A stretch of DNA of 20,000 bases from an uncultured virus (IMG/VR IMGVR_UViG_3300020137_000030). Lineage: Duplodnaviria > Heunggongvirae > Uroviricota > Caudoviricetes. Shown here piece after piece: positions 14,169-20,000 of the stretch. The stretch lies in the IMG/VR virus record IMGVR_UViG_3300020137_000030; one strand, 5' to 3'. Both the position numbers and the translations under genes were made by a program. Within the stretch, counting starts at the first letter, position 1; every line of letters starts with the position of its first letter. The notes under the pieces were generated by a model. It worked only from the letters and a program-made list of their open reading frames with translations. It was not told the DNA's origin and did not search any database.

Positions 14169-14723
14169 ATGAGCAGCACACCCATGGTCGTCGGGCTCGA
14201 CCTGTCGATGACCAGCACCGGGGTCGCCACGATCGACGAGCTCGGGCAGATCGTCACCCTGACCGAGAAGTCCAAGGGGTCACGCACCGACGACCTGCCC
14301 ACGCGTCGGCGGCGGCTGCGCGAGCTGGCTGACCGGATCGTCGCGCACACGCCCGGCGCCCGGCTCGTCGCGGTCGAGGGCCCGTCGTTCGCGTCCACTG
14401 GCAGCGGCACCCACGACCGCTCCGGGCTGTGGTGGCTGGTCGTGGACTCGCTGATGGCGGCGGGCACACCGGTCGTGATCGTGCCGCCTGCGACACGCAT
14501 GATCTACGCCGCGGGGGCAGGCAACGCAGGCAAGGACAAGGTGCTGGCGTCGGTGGTGCGCCGCTACTTCGACGTCGAGGTCGGCGGCAATGACGAGGCG
14601 GACGCTCTCGTGATCGCGGCCATCGCGGCGCGCCTGATCGGTCGGCCCGTCGAGGAGTCGATGCCGCAGTCCCACCTGCGCGCGATGGCCAAGCTCTCCC
14701 TTCCCGCGGCCACGGCCGCCTGA
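14169..14723 (+). CDS. RuvC-like Holliday junction resolvase
   Basis: VVGLDLSMTSTGVA, VAVEGP, VPPATRMIYAAGAGNAGKDKV, NDEADAL. Confidence 0.88.
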   Translation: MSSTPMVVGLDLSMTSTGVATIDELGQIVTLTEKSKGSRTDDLPTRRRRLRELADRIVAHTPGARLVAVEGPSFASTGSGTHDRSGLWWLVVDSLMAAGTPVVIVPPATRMIYAAGAGNAGKDKVLASVVRRYFDVEVGGNDEADALVIAAIAARLIGRPVEESMPQSHLRAMAKLSLPAATAA

Positions 14724-14740
14724 CCACGACGAGGATCACC

Positions 14741-15226
14741 ATGCCCGCGAGCGCACCTCACCTGACCGTCGTCGGCTCGGCGCACGCCCAGTCGACGCTG
14801 CGCGACCCGCAGTTCCGGCTCGCAGCCGTCGACGTGACCGGCTACCCGGTCGCGGCCACCAACGGGCACGTGCGCACCTGGGTGAGCCAGCGTGCCCGTG
14901 CCGGCAAGTCCCTGGCGTGCGTGCAGCTGACGTTCAGCGACCTGTCGAACCTGTCGCTGCAGGGTGCCGACCTGGCGCACGCCGACCTGTACGGTGCGTC
15001 GCTGCACGGTACGCGGCTGATGTCGGTCAACTTCCAGAACGCGGACCTGCGCCTGGCCGACCTGCGCGGGGCGGACATGACCGGTGCGAGCCTGCGCGGG
15101 GCGGACCTGCTGGGGGCCCGCATCGACGCGACCACCGACCTGTCGTGGGTCGACTGGGACGAGCACACCCGTTGGCCCGAGCAGTTCTCGCCGCCGCAGC
15201 CGGTGTTCGGTCCGGTCAACATCTGA
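14741..15226 (+). CDS. Pentapeptide repeat protein
   Basis: Tandem A(D/S)L(R/Y)G-type repeats (GADLA HADLY GASLH..NADLR LADLR GADMT GASLR GADLL); SD GAGGA. Confidence 0.9.
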   Translation: MPASAPHLTVVGSAHAQSTLRDPQFRLAAVDVTGYPVAATNGHVRTWVSQRARAGKSLACVQLTFSDLSNLSLQGADLAHADLYGASLHGTRLMSVNFQNADLRLADLRGADMTGASLRGADLLGARIDATTDLSWVDWDEHTRWPEQFSPPQPVFGPVNI

Positions 15227-15232
15227 GCGCTG

Positions 15233-15240
15233 CCGCACAT
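15233..15240 (+). promoter_or_regulatory. CCGCACAT putative -10-like element
   Basis: 8 nt before the dnaE ATG at 15249. Confidence 0.75.
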
Positions 15241-15248
15241 CAACACCC

Positions 15249-18200
15249 ATGAGCACCACGACCTCGCGCGGCTTCGTGCACCTGCACACGCACGTCGAAT
15301 ACTCTCCGCTGGACGGCATGGCCCGCATCGCCGACGCCGTCGCCGCGGCCGCTGCCGACGGTCAGCCCGCGATCGCTGAGACCGACCACGGGACGCTCGC
15401 CGGGGCGTGGAAGCTGCGCGCGCTGGCCGCGAAGCACGGGATCAAGGCGATCCCCGGCATCGAGGCGTACATGGCGATCGGCACCCGCCACGACCCGCAG
15501 ATCATCGAGGTGCCCGCCGACGAGGAGTCGGGCGACGCCATCGACGACGACAAGGGCACGGTCGGCGCCACGGGCGAGATGCGCATGAAGCGCAAGGTGT
15601 ACGAGCACCTGACGATCCTGGCGACCAGCCAGGAGGGGTGGCGCAACCTCGTGCGGATGCACAACAGCGCCCAGCAGACCTACTCCCCGTCCGGACGCGG
15701 GCTGGCCAAGCCGCAGCCGTTGATGGACTTCGCGCTGCTCGAGCAGCACCGCCAGGGCCTGATCGTCCTGACCGGCTGCATCGGCGGCGGGGTGGCGGGC
15801 GCCCTGGCGCGCGGGGACCGCCCCGCGGCGGAGCGCTACCTGGACGAGCTGGTGCGGATCATGGGCACCGACAACGTGTTCGTCGAGGTCATGGACCACG
15901 GCATCCCCGCCCAGCGCACGATCGCGCCCGCGCTGCGCGAGCTCGCGCAGCAGTTCGGTGTCGGTCTCGTGGCGACGAACGACGCGCACTACGCGCGCGC
16001 CGACCAGCAGGACGCGCACGAGGCGTGGCTCGCTGTCGGCACCAAGGCGACGCTCGCGCAGGAGAACCGCTTCAAGTTCCACGGCACGGGTCACCACCTG
16101 CGCACCGAGGCGGAGATGCGGGCGCTGTTCGACGGTGAGGACTGGTGGCAGCAGGCGTGCGACAACACGGTCGCGATCGCCGACCGTGTCGCGGACGACG
16201 TGTTCGGCCCCACACGCCAGCGGCTGCCGGTCTACGACGTGGCGACGCTGCACCCCGACTACGAGCCGAGCGCGACGGTGGACCGCAGCGACCCGCGCGC
16301 GATGTCGAACGCCTACTTCCGGTACCTGGTGTCGCTGGGTGCCCGCGAGCGCCTGGGCCTGACTTCCGACGCGAAGCTGCCGCCGGAGGTGAACGCGCGC
16401 ATCTCGTGGGAGTACAAGGTCATCACCGACCAGGGGTTCGCCGACTACTTCCTCATCGTGCGGGACGTGATCGAGTGGTGCCGTTCGACGCGCGGCCTGC
16501 CGACGAAGGCGCACCCGCGCGGGCGTGACGGGCAGAAGAAGCCGATCCGGGTCGGTCCTGGGCGCGGCAGCGCGGCGGGCTCGTTCTGCTCGTACGCGCT
16601 GCGGATCGTCGGCCCCGACCCGATCAAGAACGGACTGCTGTTCGAGCGGTTCCTCGACCCCGAGCGCGCCGGCATGCCCGACATCGACGTGGACTTCGAG
16701 CAGGGGCGACGCGGTGAGGTGCTGGCGTACCTGTCGCGCCGCTGGGGTGCTGACAAGGTCGCGCAGATCGGCACGTTCGGCATGGCGCGCACCAAGGCGG
16801 CGATCAAGGACGCCGCGCGCGTGCTCGGCATGACGCCGCTGGGGGAGAAGCTCTCGAAGCTCGTGCCGGTCGAGGGTGGCAAGCCTGTGGCGATCGCCGT
16901 GCTGGAGGACCCGGAGAACCGTGCCGGTGCGGACTTCCGCGCGGCTGTGGCTCGCGGCGGGGCCGATGCGGTCCGGATCATCGACCTGGCGAAGTCGTTC
17001 GAGGACGTCATCAAGACGCCCGGCGTGCACGCGTGCGGTGTGCTGATCTCCGACGAGCCGCTGCACGACCTGGTGCCGTTGCGCGCGAACCGCTCGAAGT
17101 CGGCTGGCCCGAACGCGCCGATGGTGACCGAGTGGGACGGCAACGACGTCGCCGACTACGGGCTGCTCAAGCTCGACGTGCTCGGGCTGCGCAACCTGGA
17201 CGTGGTGTCCCTGGCCGTGGACTACATCGCCGAGCGAACGGGGGAGGTCGTCGACCCGGACGAGGTCGACCCCGACCACGACGACGCCCGCGCGCAGGCG
17301 ACGTGGGCCCTGCTGCGCGCCGGGAAGACCCCAGGCGTCTTCCAGATGGAGTCAGAGGGTATGACGAAGCTCGCGCAGGATGCGGGCCCCGACAGCCTCG
17401 ACGACCTGTCGACGATCGTCGCCCTGTACCGGCCGGGACCGCTCGGCCAGGGCATGCACCACCACTGGGCCGCTCGCAAGCGCGGCACCGAGGCGGTGGA
17501 CTACTCGATCTTCACCGACGACCCGGCCGAGCAGGCGGCTATCGCCACGGTGCTGGACGAGTCGATGGCGGTGCCCGTGTTCCAGGAGCAGTCGATGCGC
17601 CTGGGCGAGGCAGTGGCAGGGTTCGGGCCGGGCGAGAAGAACCGGCTGCGCAAGGCGATCTCGAAGAAGAAGGAGGCCGAGATCGCCGCGATCGGCGAGC
17701 TGTGGGCGGCGGGGGCCGGCAAGGAGATCCGCGACGAGGACGGCAACGTCACCAAGATCGCGTTCTCGAAGCGGACCGCCGACCGGGTGTGGGACGCGAT
17801 CAAGGAATCCGGCCGCTATCAGTTCAACAAGTGCTTGTCGGGGGACACCACCGTCGAGACCGGGCGGCACACCACCTGGACGATCGCCGACCTTCACCGA
17901 CGCCTGCACGAGAACGAGCGCCGCGCGGACGGCATGTGTGCGGCCTGCGTGCAGCGACCTTCGCGGGCTGGTTCGCCCATCTGCGGAGCCTGCGCCCAGT
18001 GGCGACGGATGGTTCGAGGGAAGCGCGGCCTGCACGTGCTCGCCTACGACTTCGCGGACGGGCGCATCCGCCCCAAGCGTGTCAAGGACGTGCACGACAA
18101 CGGCGTGCGCGAGGTGCTCCTGATCACCCTTGCCGACGGGAAGGCCCTGCGGGCCACCCCCAACCACCGGCTCATGTCGGGCGGGCGCTGGGTGCTGGCT

Positions 18201-20000
18201 GGCGACCTGTCTGCAGGTGACAGCCTCACGACCAGCGCCGGCTACGAGGCTCCGGTGTGGGACGGCGGGTACCGCCTGACGCAGGGGGAACGCCAGGGTG
18301 CCCCGGGCAGGCTGTACGCGCCGGGGGAGCAGAACATCGGGTACGTCGATGGGGGCCACGTCGCACTCAAGGCGTGGACCGCACAGACGGCCCCCACGGC
18401 CGCCTGTGGCGTGTGCGGAACTTCGGAGGGCCGCCTCGAGCGTGCGCACCTCGACGGGAACCGCCGGAACAACACGTCCGAGAACCTGCGCTGGCTGTGC
18501 GTCTCGCACCACAAGCCCCACGGCTACGAGCACAACGGTCGGCGGCGGAAGTGGGGCAAGGGTTATGCGACGGCCGAGGCCGAGGTCGTGTCGGTGGTCC
18601 CTGATGGCCAGGTTCGTACCTACGACCTCGAGATGGACGACGAGGGCCACAACTTCGTCGCGAACGGCATCGTCTCGCACAACAGCCATTCGACCGCATA
18701 TGGGCAGATTGCTTTCATGACGGCGTGGCTCAAGGCGAACTGGCCTGCCGAGTTCGCGGCGGCGATCCTGGCGACGACCAAGAAGAACCCCGACAAGCGC
18801 CTCGCCGCGATCATGGCGATGCGCGCCGAGGGCATCGAGCTGCTGCCACCCGACTGCAACCTGTCGATGGAGGACACCGCACCGGAGGGCGACAACGTGC
18901 GCCTGGGCCTGTCCGAGGTGCGTGGTGTCGGCGCGAACGCCGCGGCGATCATCGCCGCCCGCGAGTCCGGCGGTCCGTTCACCGGGCTGGCGGACCTGCT
19001 CGCCCGGGTCCACGCGGCCCCCAAGTCGGCCGACACCGACGAGGCGGACGACGAGCAGGCCGACGAGCAGGAGGCCGGTGCGGCACTGCCGGTCAACGTC
19101 GTGGAGCAGCTCATCGAGGCTGGGGCCATGGACGCCTTCGGCCCCCGGCTCGGCCAGTTCATGGTGGTCCGCGCGCTGCGCGAGCACCCCGAGCTGGCAG
19201 TGCCGGACGTCGAGTGGGGCCTGCTGGAGCGCTCCGGGCGCCAGCGCGTCGCCATCGGCGTCGTGACCGGCGAGCACCCGCTGTCCGTCCTGGGCGAGCA
19301 GCTGCGCGGGTACCGTGCACCGAACAAGCAGACCGTCCGCTCGGTCGCGAGCATCGACACCGCCCCCGAGCGGGGGCGCGTCACGGTCCTGGGCGTCCTG
19401 GCCGGGTACGGGGAGAAGGCGTACTCCAAGGGCCGCATGGCCCGCATCGCCGTGGAGGGCACGAACGCTTCCGCCGAGGGCGTCATGTGGGACGACGACC
19501 GCACCCGCATCGACTTCGAGCCGACCGTCGGCCAGGTCGTCGCGATCAGCGGAGACGTGCGCCTGCGCGAGGTCGAGGTCGAGAACGAGGAGGGGGAGCT
19601 CGAGACCATCGAGCGGCGCGAGCTCACCATCCGCGACATGTGGCTCGTCCCCGTGCAGGACCCGGCCACCGACCGGTTCCACGTGACCGTCGACCCCATC
19701 CATGTCGACCCGCAGCGCGTGGTCACCCCGCCGCTGGCGCTGGTCCAGGCCGGGGTGGAGGTGCCGCTGCAGGCCTACCAGGTCTCGCTGCCGGACCCGG
19801 TCGTCATGAGCCTGGGCGACCTGCTGCCGAACGCGCCATGGCTCAGCGAGCCGCAGCAGGGGGTCTGGGTCGCCGGTAGCGGCTCCGACGCGGTCGTCGT
19901 GCAGGTCGGCAAGGCCACCACGGCGCTGCTCAACCACGCCCGCACGGTCGCGATCGACAACGAGCAGCCCGGATGGGTCGCAGTGGCGGCCGCCCCGTGA
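15249..20000 (+). CDS. dnaE: DNA polymerase III alpha subunit, intein-containing
   Basis: PHP motifs FVHLHTHVEYSPLDG/TDHG/TNDAHY; GPGRGSAAGS, MPDIDVDF, LLKLDVLGL, FNK|SHSTAY; TGA at 19998-20000. Confidence 0.96.
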   Translation: MSTTTSRGFVHLHTHVEYSPLDGMARIADAVAAAAADGQPAIAETDHGTLAGAWKLRALAAKHGIKAIPGIEAYMAIGTRHDPQIIEVPADEESGDAIDDDKGTVGATGEMRMKRKVYEHLTILATSQEGWRNLVRMHNSAQQTYSPSGRGLAKPQPLMDFALLEQHRQGLIVLTGCIGGGVAGALARGDRPAAERYLDELVRIMGTDNVFVEVMDHGIPAQRTIAPALRELAQQFGVGLVATNDAHYARADQQDAHEAWLAVGTKATLAQENRFKFHGTGHHLRTEAEMRALFDGEDWWQQACDNTVAIADRVADDVFGPTRQRLPVYDVATLHPDYEPSATVDRSDPRAMSNAYFRYLVSLGARERLGLTSDAKLPPEVNARISWEYKVITDQGFADYFLIVRDVIEWCRSTRGLPTKAHPRGRDGQKKPIRVGPGRGSAAGSFCSYALRIVGPDPIKNGLLFERFLDPERAGMPDIDVDFEQGRRGEVLAYLSRRWGADKVAQIGTFGMARTKAAIKDAARVLGMTPLGEKLSKLVPVEGGKPVAIAVLEDPENRAGADFRAAVARGGADAVRIIDLAKSFEDVIKTPGVHACGVLISDEPLHDLVPLRANRSKSAGPNAPMVTEWDGNDVADYGLLKLDVLGLRNLDVVSLAVDYIAERTGEVVDPDEVDPDHDDARAQATWALLRAGKTPGVFQMESEGMTKLAQDAGPDSLDDLSTIVALYRPGPLGQGMHHHWAARKRGTEAVDYSIFTDDPAEQAAIATVLDESMAVPVFQEQSMRLGEAVAGFGPGEKNRLRKAISKKKEAEIAAIGELWAAGAGKEIRDEDGNVTKIAFSKRTADRVWDAIKESGRYQFNKCLSGDTTVETGRHTTWTIADLHRRLHENERRADGMCAACVQRPSRAGSPICGACAQWRRMVRGKRGLHVLAYDFADGRIRPKRVKDVHDNGVREVLLITLADGKALRATPNHRLMSGGRWVLAGDLSAGDSLTTSAGYEAPVWDGGYRLTQGERQGAPGRLYAPGEQNIGYVDGGHVALKAWTAQTAPTAACGVCGTSEGRLERAHLDGNRRNNTSENLRWLCVSHHKPHGYEHNGRRRKWGKGYATAEAEVVSVVPDGQVRTYDLEMDDEGHNFVANGIVSHNSHSTAYGQIAFMTAWLKANWPAEFAAAILATTKKNPDKRLAAIMAMRAEGIELLPPDCNLSMEDTAPEGDNVRLGLSEVRGVGANAAAIIAARESGGPFTGLADLLARVHAAPKSADTDEADDEQADEQEAGAALPVNVVEQLIEAGAMDAFGPRLGQFMVVRALREHPELAVPDVEWGLLERSGRQRVAIGVVTGEHPLSVLGEQLRGYRAPNKQTVRSVASIDTAPERGRVTVLGVLAGYGEKAYSKGRMARIAVEGTNASAEGVMWDDDRTRIDFEPTVGQVVAISGDVRLREVEVENEEGELETIERRELTIRDMWLVPVQDPATDRFHVTVDPIHVDPQRVVTPPLALVQAGVEVPLQAYQVSLPDPVVMSLGDLLPNAPWLSEPQQGVWVAGSGSDAVVVQVGKATTALLNHARTVAIDNEQPGWVAVAAAP
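17832..18683 (+). mobile_element. Intein (284 aa) with HNH-type endonuclease, inside DnaE
   Basis: Begins CLSGDT after FNK; block B LRATPNHRL; ends TYDLEM..HNFVANGIVSHN followed by Ser+1; internal CGVCG..HLDGNRRNN..NLRWLCVSHH. Confidence 0.93.

Noticed and set aside
6065..15248. Upstream ORF-track starts (6065, 6960, 8724, 9407, 9515, 10615, 13313, 13881, 15084)
   Set aside because: The extensions overlap other genes or promoters; domain boundaries, SD sites and CCGCACAT spacing indicate the later starts.
15240..19937. Long minus-strand ORFs (679 and 861 aa)
   Set aside because: They are antisense shadows of dnaE caused by GC3 bias.

Overview
Very GC-rich (my estimate is above 70%) actinobacterial-type DNA that reads like a large phage, prophage or megaplasmid rather than core chromosome. 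Bases 1-5010 are a dense + strand tRNA array with 29 recognisable tRNAs, a tmRNA, one small STAS-like CDS and several structured spacers. After it come an HNH endonuclease, dCMP deaminase, an oligoribonuclease-HTH fusion, orphan m5C and m6A DNA methyltransferases, a SprT-like protein, NrdH, a RuvC-like resolvase, a pentapeptide-repeat protein and DnaE carrying an HNH-containing intein. Five signals stand out. (1) A tRNA-shaped gene (621-717) has its D/anticodon region replaced by a type I-E CRISPR-repeat-like sequence, a candidate tRNA-scaffolded RNA anti-CRISPR. (2) The motif CCGCACAT occurs 14 times, 8 of them exactly 9 nt before an ATG, implying an element-specific promoter for leaderless mRNAs and small RNAs. 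(3) A duplicated, covarying three-way-junction RNA motif follows two tRNA-Leu genes. (4) A 61-bp-period CRISPR-like mini-array lies at 10511-10657. (5) Two otherwise unrelated proteins share an N-terminal HPR..GAGQFxTK peptide. All calls were made by eye; no searches were run.
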